From Paraglaciecola psychrophila (GTDB lineage Bacteria; Pseudomonadota; Gammaproteobacteria; Pseudomonadales; Dasaniaceae): 54,348 bases of DNA. Shown piece after piece: positions 42,206 to 50,596 of this stretch. The stretch lies in the NCBI GenBank assembly GCA_047623385.1, contig JBLHLU010000001.1, positions 1 to 54,348 on the forward strand, read 5' to 3'. A program made the position numbers and the translations under genes. The notes beneath the pieces are model-generated. The model was given only the letters and a program-made list of their open reading frames with translations, had not been told where the DNA came from and searched no databases. Every line of letters begins with the position of its first letter. Position 1 is the first letter of the stretch.

Positions 42206-44241
42206 CGCTCTATCTCAACGACCAGCCTAAAACCCAGCGCGGCACTTTTAGTCTTGCTCAAACCGGCGCTGCGATTGCGGCTGCGCAATAGCGCTGGCTC
42301 CGAGTTCCAGCCACCACCTCGCAACACCCGCCGAACACAGTCGCCGCCAGTAAAGGCGGCACCATCAGCGCTGGCCTGGCTATAGTTAATAGCCCAGCAA
42401 TCTGCAGTCCACTCCCACACATTGCCGTGCATATCGTGAAGTCCGTAGTCATTGGCTGGAAACTTGCCAACAGCTATGGTCGCTGAGCCGCCGTCAGCCC
42501 CGGCATAGTTAGCATCGTCGACACTAATAGTAGTAGCCATTGAATAAGGTAAATCGCTGCCACCACCAGCGGCAAACTCCCACTCCGCTTCGCTGGGAAG
42601 GCGATAGCGATGACCGCTCTGATCACTCAGCCAGCGCGCAAATGCCTGCGCCTGAGCCCAGCTGACATTGATTACCGGACGATTGTTACGCCCCCAACCG
42701 GCGTCGTTGGGCCGATCAACGCCCTCTACAGAACTGGCAAAGCGATCGTACTCGGCAAAGCTAGTCTCAAATTTTGCTATCGCGATGGTGCTAGCCAGCA
42801 CCACCGAGTGCAGCGGCGACTCGGTGGACTCACCGTTATCACTGCCCATTGAAAATGTCCCGGGAGTGATGATCACCATAGCGGGCCCCTTGCCACCGTT
42901 TTTCAGCGAGTGGCTGAGACGGCTACCGAGGGCAAAAGGGTCGGCGATTACCGGCGCTGCGGTGGCGATAACAACTTCTTCAGTCGCCACGGGTTCATTG
43001 TTAGCTGGCAGCTCAACAGCCCCCTCGACCCCCTGCTTGACGGTCTGATCGAGTGCAGTGCTGGCCGGTGCCGCGCTAGCTGTTAGCGGGCGCGATTCAA
43101 TCACTACCGACGGCGCCGAGCCCTGTAACAAAAAATAGCCCAGCGGTATTAGCAATAGCACAAACAACACCAGACCAATAAAAAGCGGCAGACCCTTAGC
43201 GCTCTGCTGCGGGCGTAATCTACTGGCTGTTGGTGGGGCAAACTCAGTCTCCGCATCACTCGCTGTGAACGCCGGAGCCGCTGAGCTGGCAGCGCCAACC
43301 ATAACGGTAGCATCGGATACCGGGCCAGAGTGCGCCGGTGCATACAGCAGTTTTATCGCTGCCTCAGCACTCTGCGGTCGCAGCGACTGCTGCAGTGCCA
43401 ACATCGAGTTTATCGCGTTGCTCAAGGTCTCTGATATTTTGCTATTGGCACCCAGACTGAGCGCGCTGACTTGCAGCGGGTCTGCTTGTTTATTATGGAT
43501 AGAGGTAATTCGAGTCACCGACTCGATCGGCGCCCTATTGACCAAGCAGCGATACATGGTCGCACCAATACCGTACAAGTCGGTCTCCGGGCCCTGCTCA
43601 ACATGCTCGCCGCTATATTGTTCTGGTGCCGCGTAACCCCGGGTTAATATAACGGTCATCTGTGCATTGGCATCAGCCAATAGTTGTCTAGCTGCACCAA
43701 AGTCCAGCAGCGTGGCTTCGCCCTGACTGCGCAGGTATATATTGGCGGGTTTGATATCTCGGTGTAGCACGGACTCTTGATGCACTCGCGCCAAGCCGCG
43801 CAGTATTGGTACAAAAATATCGAGACACTCGCGCTCTGTTAGACAGCGATTTTCACGCTTAAGTAGATCTTCTAACGACTCCCCCTCCTCGTAATCCATC
43901 ACCAAATAAGCCGTGCTGTTGGCTTTTAAATAGCGGTGTACTCGGATGATATTGGGGTGCTTAAACCGCGCCTGGATGCGGGCTTCTTCTAAAAATTTTT
44001 CCAGAACGTCGTAGTAGAGTTCTTCTTGGCCGGGCAGCGGTGCCACCTCTGCCGTATCCGTGATACGCCGGGCGAAGTCAGCGGGAAAATACTCTTTAAT
44101 CGCTACCCGAGTCTGCAGGCCCTCGTCCCAGGCTTTGTAAGTAATACCAAAGCTGCCGGCGCCCAACACCTCTTCTATAGTATAGTGATCTAACTGATAG
44201 CCGTTAGCTAGAGGCCCTTCAGCCAGTACGCTCGCAGTCAA
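42202..44241 (-). CDS. Membrane Ser/Thr protein kinase with periplasmic FGE-sulfatase (SUMF1) domain (PpkA-like)
   Basis: Hanks kinase motifs GAGSFG, VAIKE, HRDIKPAN, DFG and GYAAPEQ. One TM helix (LPLFIGLVLFVLLLIPLGYFLL). FGE motifs FSMGS, RLPSEAEWEFAA, YGLHDMHGNVWEW, RGGGW and GFRL. Confidence 0.92.
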   Translation of the reverse strand: MTASVLAEGPLANGYQLDHYTIEEVLGAGSFGITYKAWDEGLQTRVAIKEYFPADFARRITDTAEVAPLPGQEELYYDVLEKFLEEARIQARFKHPNIIRVHRYLKANSTAYLVMDYEEGESLEDLLKRENRCLTERECLDIFVPILRGLARVHQESVLHRDIKPANIYLRSQGEATLLDFGAARQLLADANAQMTVILTRGYAAPEQYSGEHVEQGPETDLYGIGATMYRCLVNRAPIESVTRITSIHNKQADPLQVSALSLGANSKISETLSNAINSMLALQQSLRPQSAEAAIKLLYAPAHSGPVSDATVMVGAASSAAPAFTASDAETEFAPPTASRLRPQQSAKGLPLFIGLVLFVLLLIPLGYFLLQGSAPSVVIESRPLTASAAPASTALDQTVKQGVEGAVELPANNEPVATEEVVIATAAPVIADPFALGSRLSHSLKNGGKGPAMVIITPGTFSMGSDNGESTESPLHSVVLASTIAIAKFETSFAEYDRFASSVEGVDRPNDAGWGRNNRPVINVSWAQAQAFARWLSDQSGHRYRLPSEAEWEFAAGGGSDLPYSMATTISVDDANYAGADGGSATIAVGKFPANDYGLHDMHGNVWEWTADCWAINYSQASADGAAFTGGDCVRRVLRGGGWNSEPALLRSRNRSAGLSKTKSAALGFRLVVEIER

Positions 44242-44597
44242 CGTAGACGCCTTTTCGCTAGCGGACCGCGCTCTGCGAGTAATAGTAAAAAAGAAGACAG
44301 CAATGCCTGCTTGGCGAAACTCCTGCTCATGTTAGAAACGATCACTTGATCAATCCTTATCTGCAAAAATTTTTAAAAACTTTTAATGGTGCTGCGACAT
44401 TATCGACCACTGAATCTGGTGTGGGGGATTTTCGCTGTTAGCAGCGCCTTTAACCACGCGCTAGAAAAGCTGATAGCCTTGAAGCTGCGACTTCTTATAT
44501 TACGTGCGCGCCGCGTTAGCTGCTGCGTTACCAATAAACACTAGCAGCGATCCCGCAAATACGCACTGGTTAGGCGCGCCATCAGCTAACATCAGAA

Positions 44598-44619
44598 AAG
44601 TGTTAACTTGATCACAAAA
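44598..44619. promoter_or_regulatory. Putative CRP/Vfr-family binding site between the kinase operon and hcp
   Basis: AAG-TGTTA-ACTTGA-TCACA-AAA is a 9/10 match to TGTGA-N6-TCACA with A-rich flanks. Confidence 0.55.
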
Positions 44620-44819
44620 TCCACCTTAACCCGTTGGCGACGCAATTTCTATCGCAAATTCATACTTAAGTAGGATTCTAATCGGTCAACTCATGGCTAT
44701 TATCTGTTCCAAGGGTGAGCGCAGCGGTACAGGATTTTTTAACAGCCGAACAACGTCCTACCCAGTTCACCACGCGAATGATACTTTAAAACACTAACAA
44801 CCCATATTAGGAGCTCGAC

Positions 44820-45305
44820 ATGGCTATTTATTTAAAATTTGACGATATCAAAGGTGACGTTACTGCAGAGGGATTCGAGGACCACATCGAGATCACTAGC
44901 TGCAACTTCGGCATTTCACGCTTCATAACCATGGAAGCCGGCTCTGTTGCTAACCGTGAGGCCGGCCTGCCTAACCTAACATCACTGGGTATGACCAAAG
45001 AGCTGGACTCATCTACCCCTCTGTTACTACAAAAAGCATTGGCCGGCGCCGAAGCAAAAACAGCAGTCATCACTTTTTGCCGTACCGGTGAAAAAGGTGC
45101 GCCCGTTCCAGTAGGTAAATACACACTGGAGCGGGCAGTCGTTTCAGGCTACAATTTTAGTGGTTCTCAAGGTGGCAGACCGCAAGAGTCACTCGATATC
45201 AGCTTCACTAAAATCGAGTGCGATTTCAGCCAAGCCGATCGCGATAACAAAAATGGCGCCAACGTTAAAGTCGGCTACGACTTGGAAACTGCGAAAGTTA
45301 TCTAA
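44820..45305 (+). CDS. hcp: Type VI secretion tube protein Hcp
   Basis: MAIYLKFDDIKGDVTAEGFEDHIEI, TKELDSSTPLL, PQESLDISFTKIE and VGYDL. AGGAG SD upstream. Confidence 0.95.
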   Translation: MAIYLKFDDIKGDVTAEGFEDHIEITSCNFGISRFITMEAGSVANREAGLPNLTSLGMTKELDSSTPLLLQKALAGAEAKTAVITFCRTGEKGAPVPVGKYTLERAVVSGYNFSGSQGGRPQESLDISFTKIECDFSQADRDNKNGANVKVGYDLETAKVI

Positions 45306-45344
45306 AGCGCTACGATCTACAGCATTGCGATCTAAAGCACTACC
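45300..45344 (+). repeat. 15-bp degenerate triplication beginning at the hcp last codon and stop
   Basis: ATCTAAAGCGCTACG / ATCTACAGCATTGCG / ATCTAAAGCACTACC. Confidence 0.7.
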
Positions 45345-45441
45345 TAGGGGCGGGCAATTGTCCGCCGCTACTCATATTCTGTCTATCGTGCCTAGTTTGC
45401 AGCGGTGACAAAGACCTCTCATTTTATAAAGGGCTAGCCCC

Positions 45442-47490
45442 ATGTCCAACGCCAAACACCGTATTATTCAATTTAGTGCCGGTGTACTGGCCGACAAAGA
45501 TCTCTCAGTCACCTCGCTGAGTGGTGCAGAGGCGATTTCAGAATTGTTCAGCTTCACTATCGAAATGACCTGTGCCGACGACATTTTACTCGATGCCAGT
45601 AGTATACTCGGTCAGCCCACTACCGTTTCACTCGAGCCCGGCAATGACAAGCGCTGGATTAGTGGTTTGGTCAGCGAGCTCGAATACCTCGATCAAGAAG
45701 CAAACGGCAGCCATCGCTACCGCGTGGTGTTGGTACCGGAATTGTGGTTCAACGGTCTCGCTATCAAGACCCGGACCCATGTTTACACACAGATGTCGGC
45801 AGCCGATATAACAGATAAGCTATTGGGCCAAGCCGACCTAAAAGTCGACTTTATCAACAAAGTCAAACTGACCCACAAATTTGATTTAACCACCATTCAG
45901 TATAACGAGAGTGACCTCGACTTTCTGCTGCGGTTTTTAGCCAAAGCGGGCATCAGTTTCTATTTCGAACACAAAAACGGCCAGCATAAAATGGTGCTGC
46001 TCGACGATAGCTCTCACTTCCCCGAGAGCAAGACCCTGCGCTATGATCGCAGCGGCGCCTTTGCCAGCGACGACAAAGCGCCGGACGTAGCCGTGGGATG
46101 GAGCGAGTGTTTTAGCAGCATCGGGGCCAAAGTAACTTGGGGCGCTTATGACAACGTCAAATCCAGTGCCGCCAGCGCTGAAGCACTGTCAAAACACAAG
46201 ATTGCCGGACTGTCGAAAATTAACAGCGAGCGGTTTGGCCAGTCGATACCGAATCTAACCACCGCTACTGGAGACAAGGCCGCGCTGGCCTTTACCGCTG
46301 CCGGCATGCTCAAAGCCTCAGCGAAGATCGCCCAAAACCGAGAAAACGCTAACTACAACCGCGCTAATACCCGCAGTAACTGTCCCGCGTTATACGCCGG
46401 TGCGCTGTTCAATTTAGACCCGGTGCCACGAAAAGGTATCAAGCAACTGCTGGTTACTCGAATCAGCCACTCCGCCAGCGATGGCTACGACGGTGCTACC
46501 GAATACCAGAACAGCATCGAGTGTATCGACGGTACATTGACACCAGCACCGGCCGGCGAACCGGCTCCACGTATCTACGGACACTTGCAAGCCAAAGTTG
46601 TCGAAACCCAATACGGTGGCGGCGAGCCCACGGTAAAGGCCAAAGGCGGTATGGTTAAAGTGGTGTTCCCCTGGGACGAGAAGACTACCAGCCACTGGAT
46701 TCAAGTGTCGCAGATGTTTGGCGGTGGCAAAACCGCCGGCGCTTGGTTTTTACCACAAATGGATGACCTTGTGCTGGTAGGCTTTATCAACGGTGAGCCC
46801 GAATACCCGGTTGTGGTTGGCACTTTATCTCACCAGGCTACCGACTTCGGTCCGACCTTCGCCAACGATTCAGAAAAAGGCGCTAACGTGGCCGACCACC
46901 GTATGGGACTGCGCCACCCGGCAGAACACGAATTAAGTTTTACCGGGCAAAAGAAAGGCGACGGTGAGGTCTATATTAATTCTTCCCACGACTTTAATCG
47001 CATCATCGGGCGTCATGAAACCGCTAAAATAGAAGAAACCCAGGAGCAGACTATTACCAGTGGCGATACCCGGGTCTATATGGACAAGGAAATGATCCAC
47101 CTGTCGGTGGGGAAAAGTAGTTTCAAAATGGAGAAAAACGGCGACATTACCGTCGACTGCGCCAACTTCAAACTCAATGCGAGTGCCAAGATCACCACCG
47201 ATTCCGGAGCCGATACCGCTATCACCGCCGGTGCCAACCTGAAGCAAAAAGCCAGTAGCAAGGTCAGCATCGATTCCGGAACCGATACCGCCATTAAGGC
47301 CGGGACCAACCTAAAGGCCGAGGGCGGCATCAATGCTGATGTCAAAGCCGGTGCCAATGCTTCGTTAAAAGGCGGTGCCAATGCCGATGTAAAGGCCGGC
47401 GCGATGTTAAATCTTAAGGGCTCGGCTATGGGCACCTTAGACGGCGGTGGTATGACCACTATTAAAGGTGGCATGGTGATGATTAATTAA
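45442..47490 (+). CDS. vgrG: Type VI secretion spike protein VgrG (no C-terminal effector extension)
   Basis: LSGAEAISELFSFTIE, QYNESDLDFLLR..GISFYFEH, OB-fold VKVVFPWD...VLVGFINGEPEYPVVVG, and Gly/Ala-rich beta-spike repeats ending IKGGMVMIN. Confidence 0.92.
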   Translation: MSNAKHRIIQFSAGVLADKDLSVTSLSGAEAISELFSFTIEMTCADDILLDASSILGQPTTVSLEPGNDKRWISGLVSELEYLDQEANGSHRYRVVLVPELWFNGLAIKTRTHVYTQMSAADITDKLLGQADLKVDFINKVKLTHKFDLTTIQYNESDLDFLLRFLAKAGISFYFEHKNGQHKMVLLDDSSHFPESKTLRYDRSGAFASDDKAPDVAVGWSECFSSIGAKVTWGAYDNVKSSAASAEALSKHKIAGLSKINSERFGQSIPNLTTATGDKAALAFTAAGMLKASAKIAQNRENANYNRANTRSNCPALYAGALFNLDPVPRKGIKQLLVTRISHSASDGYDGATEYQNSIECIDGTLTPAPAGEPAPRIYGHLQAKVVETQYGGGEPTVKAKGGMVKVVFPWDEKTTSHWIQVSQMFGGGKTAGAWFLPQMDDLVLVGFINGEPEYPVVVGTLSHQATDFGPTFANDSEKGANVADHRMGLRHPAEHELSFTGQKKGDGEVYINSSHDFNRIIGRHETAKIEETQEQTITSGDTRVYMDKEMIHLSVGKSSFKMEKNGDITVDCANFKLNASAKITTDSGADTAITAGANLKQKASSKVSIDSGTDTAIKAGTNLKAEGGINADVKAGANASLKGGANADVKAGAMLNLKGSAMGTLDGGGMTTIKGGMVMIN

Positions 47491-47577
47491 TCGTTTGGCC
47501 CGCAGCACTCCTGCAAAACGCTCCGACGACTCTCCCAACTGGCACGGTTTGACACCGGCAACGAGGAAATCTATTCA

Positions 47578-48141
47578 ATGCAACTGCAAATAGCCAAAAC
47601 TAACGCCGCCAGCGATCTCATCGGTCAGTTTGACCCCAGTGACGAAGCGCGCCCGCTTTTGGACAAAAACCTAAGCGCGCTGGAACTGATTAACCGCTTG
47701 GTGCAACACGCCTGCTATCCCGAGGCAATAAAATGTGTGGCCTTAGTGCTACCGGTCAGAGAGGCGGTGTGGTGGTCCTGCTTAGCAGTAAAACAGGCCA
47801 TGGAAACACCCTCCGACGATGAACAAAAAGCGATCGCAGCGGCCGAGGCCTGGGCAATATCCCCCAGTGAAAAAACCCTGCTGGCGGCCAGAGCCGCAGC
47901 GGAACTGATTGGCAATAGCAATACTGCAGCCTGGCCGGCACTGGCAGTCGGCTGGAGCGGCAATATGGTAGTGGAGGAAGGACAAGATCCTATTGCCGCA
48001 CCACCGACGCTGTCCGCTCACGCCACTGCCTGTGCAGTGACTTTGGCCGCCGCCGCCGACCCTGAACTCAGTGATTCGCGCAGCCTGCATTTTATCAAGC
48101 AGGGATTGGATCTTGCCAACGGCGGCAAGGGCAACATTTAG
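47578..48141 (+). CDS. DUF6931-like (Imm5-like) T6SS-associated protein
   Basis: LPVREAVWWSCL, AAEAWAISPSE..AA and LAVGWSG. Lies between vgrG and PAAR. Confidence 0.7.
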   Translation: MQLQIAKTNAASDLIGQFDPSDEARPLLDKNLSALELINRLVQHACYPEAIKCVALVLPVREAVWWSCLAVKQAMETPSDDEQKAIAAAEAWAISPSEKTLLAARAAAELIGNSNTAAWPALAVGWSGNMVVEEGQDPIAAPPTLSAHATACAVTLAAAADPELSDSRSLHFIKQGLDLANGGKGNI

Positions 48142-48243
48142 TGGCAACGTCTTGTAAGAGTATGTAGTCACAACATCTAATCACAACAACGATTAAAAAC
48201 GCTATTAAGCAATACCAATCAACAGCAACACAGGAGCCCGGTT

Positions 48244-48546
48244 ATGGGAATGCCAGCAGCACGAGTTACCGACATGCACGTATGCCCTATGGTTACCCCC
48301 GCGGTGCCGCCTATTCCCCATGTCGGCGGTCCTGTTATTAGCCCCGGCGGGCCGACCGTACTAATCGGTAAAATGCCCGCCGCGACCATGACCAGTAACT
48401 GTGTCTGCGTCGGACCACCGGACGTTATTATTAAAGGCAGTGCCACCGTTATGATCTGCGGTAAACCCGCAGCTCGGCTGGGTGATTCCTCCGCCCACGG
48501 CGGGGCAATAGTCGCAGGTTGCCCAATGGTGCTAATTGGCGGCTAA
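48244..48546 (+). CDS. PAAR domain spike-tip protein
   Basis: PAARVTDMHVC, PAATMT and PAARLGDSSAHGG. 100 aa with no toxin extension. Confidence 0.93.
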   Translation: MGMPAARVTDMHVCPMVTPAVPPIPHVGGPVISPGGPTVLIGKMPAATMTSNCVCVGPPDVIIKGSATVMICGKPAARLGDSSAHGGAIVAGCPMVLIGG

Positions 48547-48598
48547 GCTGTTCTGAAACGTTTAGCTAGCGCCAGCAACATCAATGTCCTGAATATTG

Positions 48599-48955
48599 TT
48601 AGCCCAGAATAAATTGCACCAGATGCTCACCGGTAAATAAATCTTCACCCCCTAGACTGAGCATACCGCTGCCCTGTAAGGGCGCGGATTGACGTTTTAA
48701 ATGCAGTTTTATGCCACTGTCAAAGCGCACAAAGGTACCGTTAATACTCTGGTCGCTCAGTAGCGCTACGCCTTCGCCGCGGGTCACGGTGGCATGATTG
48801 CGCGAGGCCAGTTGGCTGGCAATAACCAAATCACAAGCCGGCGAACGCCCCAGCGTTAATGCGCCAGTGGCCGGCAGCGCCACACTGTACCCTCTATAGT
48901 TCAACAACACGGAGCCGCCAAAAACCGCGACCGCAGATGCAGCCGACTTTAGCAT
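48599..48955 (-). CDS. FHA domain protein (C-terminal half of a split cyclase-FHA gene)
   Basis: LGRSPACDL, ASRNHA and DQSINGTFV. The in-frame ATG at 48955 overlaps the cyclase TAA (TAATG). An alternative GTG start lies at 48985. Confidence 0.65.
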   Translation of the reverse strand: MLKSAASAVAVFGGSVLLNYRGYSVALPATGALTLGRSPACDLVIASQLASRNHATVTRGEGVALLSDQSINGTFVRFDSGIKLHLKRQSAPLQGSGMLSLGGEDLFTGEHLVQFILG

Positions 48956-49053
48956 TACCGTAGCGTTGTCGGCCTCCCAGACCACTTCATAGATGATACA
49001 GCCGGCTTTAGCATTACCGTAGCGTTGCCGGCCTCCCAGACCACTTCATAGAT
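48936..49053. repeat. 59-bp tandem duplication (3 mismatches) causing a frameshift between the cyclase and FHA domains
   Basis: Unit 1 spans 48936-48994 and unit 2 spans 48995-49053. On the minus strand they encode IYEVVWEAGNATVMLKPAVS and IYEVVWEADNATVMLKSAAS in different frames. Confidence 0.92.
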
Positions 49054-49542
49054 ATTGACCGGCTGCGACTTTCCCTTTATCACCCGCCGGTCGATCAGCC
49101 GGGTTTTCTCCAATAAATTACTGGCCAAGGCGTTCACCAATGGTTTGGTAATGCGAATTTTCTGGCTGCCCGCCTGCGCCGCCATGCGCGCTGCCAGATT
49201 CACAGAATCTCCCAGCAGGTCACCGTTATTAGCAATCGCCGGCCCCAAGTGAATGCCAATACGAACAGTAACGTTATGGCCATTAAAGGAGCTGACAGCA
49301 ACGCGTTCCTGTATCGCAATAGCAGCGCTAACACTGTGATCTGCAAAATAAAACTGGCACATCAGCGCATCGCCGATGGTCTTTATCAGTCGGCCGTTGT
49401 TAGCCAGCACAATCGCCTGCAGAGCGGTTAGACAATCGAGTACCGTGGCGCTGGCTGCCTTATCACCCAAGCTTTCATAGAGACTAACGCTGTCGACAAT
49501 ATCGACAAATAAAATGGTGCAATCATCAATAGCTTGCTGCAT
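48955..49542 (-). CDS. Class III adenylate cyclase domain (N-terminal half of a split cyclase-FHA gene; possible pseudogene)
   Basis: LFVDIVDS, IKTIGDALM, RIGIHLG and DLLGDSVNLAARM. Catalytic D, D, N, R and ATP-specifying K, D appear intact. Confidence 0.8.
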   Translation of the reverse strand: MQQAIDDCTILFVDIVDSVSLYESLGDKAASATVLDCLTALQAIVLANNGRLIKTIGDALMCQFYFADHSVSAAIAIQERVAVSSFNGHNVTVRIGIHLGPAIANNGDLLGDSVNLAARMAAQAGSQKIRITKPLVNALASNLLEKTRLIDRRVIKGKSQPVNIYEVVWEAGNATVMLKPAVSSMKWSGRPTTLR

Positions 49543-49803
49543 AAACTACACGTTTGCAGTTTGCCAAAGTGGCTGTACCCAGCAGAGCTGCCGTTGCGCA
49601 GTTAGACCACCGCAAGCGTACCCTCGGCGGCAGCATAAAAAATAATTTCCGTTCTAGTGACGATCTTAGCAGCCTGTCGACCTATCCATTTATGCGGCCG
49701 ACAAGCCAATAGTATTCGCTAGGGCTGCCACCCTAACGCGGCGCAGTAGTCCACCGCGTTGGCGCTAGTAACCAGTGAAGAATTATAGCTGATCGTCACC
49801 GTA

Positions 49804-50433
49804 CTAGCTGGTAAACAAGTGGTTCTGCTGTGCCATCAGCACACATTCCGTGCGATTTTTTACCTCCATTTTTTGAAACAATGTCATCATATGAGACTTC
49901 ACCGTATTTTCAGTTAAAAACAACTGATCAGCTATTTCGCGATTAGAGCAGCCCTGACACAACAACGCCAATACGCCGAGCTGACGCTTGGTCAATGCCG
50001 ACAACAGATCCTGCCTATTATCGCGCTGGTCGGCCAGCGCGCGCGCAATCGCCTCGGGCAGAAATAATTCTCCCGCTAGTATCTGCTCGATCGCCGCCAG
50101 CATTTCATCACCACTTAGTGACTTGGAGATAAAGCCCATCGAACCGGCATCCAGAGCTGATTGAATGTGTTGTAAGTCTTCCGAGGCTGACAGTGTTACC
50201 ACTGGGGTAAAAACTCCGAGTTCCGCATAGCGCTGTAACAGCGCAACCCCATCACCGCCACCGATATTCAGGTCGAGAAGAATCAAGTCGTAGCGCTCGA
50301 CGGTGGCAGCACAATTCATCGCCTCATCAAAAGTCGACAGCGCTGTTACCACGGCCCCGGCCGCCACTTTTTCCAACAGATAGCTGATACCTTCCAGAAA
50401 CAGCTTATGATCGTCAACAACCAATATTTCCAT
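49804..50433 (-). CDS. NarL/LuxR family response regulator
   Basis: REC motifs VVDDH, LLDL and GFISK, plus HTH LTKRQ...GCSNREIADQLFLTENTVKSH. Confidence 0.93.
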   Translation of the reverse strand: MEILVVDDHKLFLEGISYLLEKVAAGAVVTALSTFDEAMNCAATVERYDLILLDLNIGGGDGVALLQRYAELGVFTPVVTLSASEDLQHIQSALDAGSMGFISKSLSGDEMLAAIEQILAGELFLPEAIARALADQRDNRQDLLSALTKRQLGVLALLCQGCSNREIADQLFLTENTVKSHMMTLFQKMEVKNRTECVLMAQQNHLFTS

Positions 50434-50596
50434 ATATCACATCTCTATTAGACGTTATTATTAGCATTGCACACTGATCATTCGTCGCGTTTTTTGCGCA
50501 AAGCTATCAGACTATACAGGCTTCTGATCGATACTGCGCTGCACTCAATAAGAATAAGACCTAGCACCATAAATAAAACGAGATGACTTAGCTGTT

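Noticed and set aside
47539-47556. Sigma54 promoter (TGGCACG) before DUF6931, and a similar TTGGCGA at about 44634
   Set aside because: The -12 TTGC element is missing at the required spacing in both.
44820-48546. Prophage tail or extracellular contractile injection system
   Set aside because: The Hcp is T6SS-type and is accompanied by TagH and PP2C. No sheath, baseplate wedge, capsid or lysis genes are present in the window.
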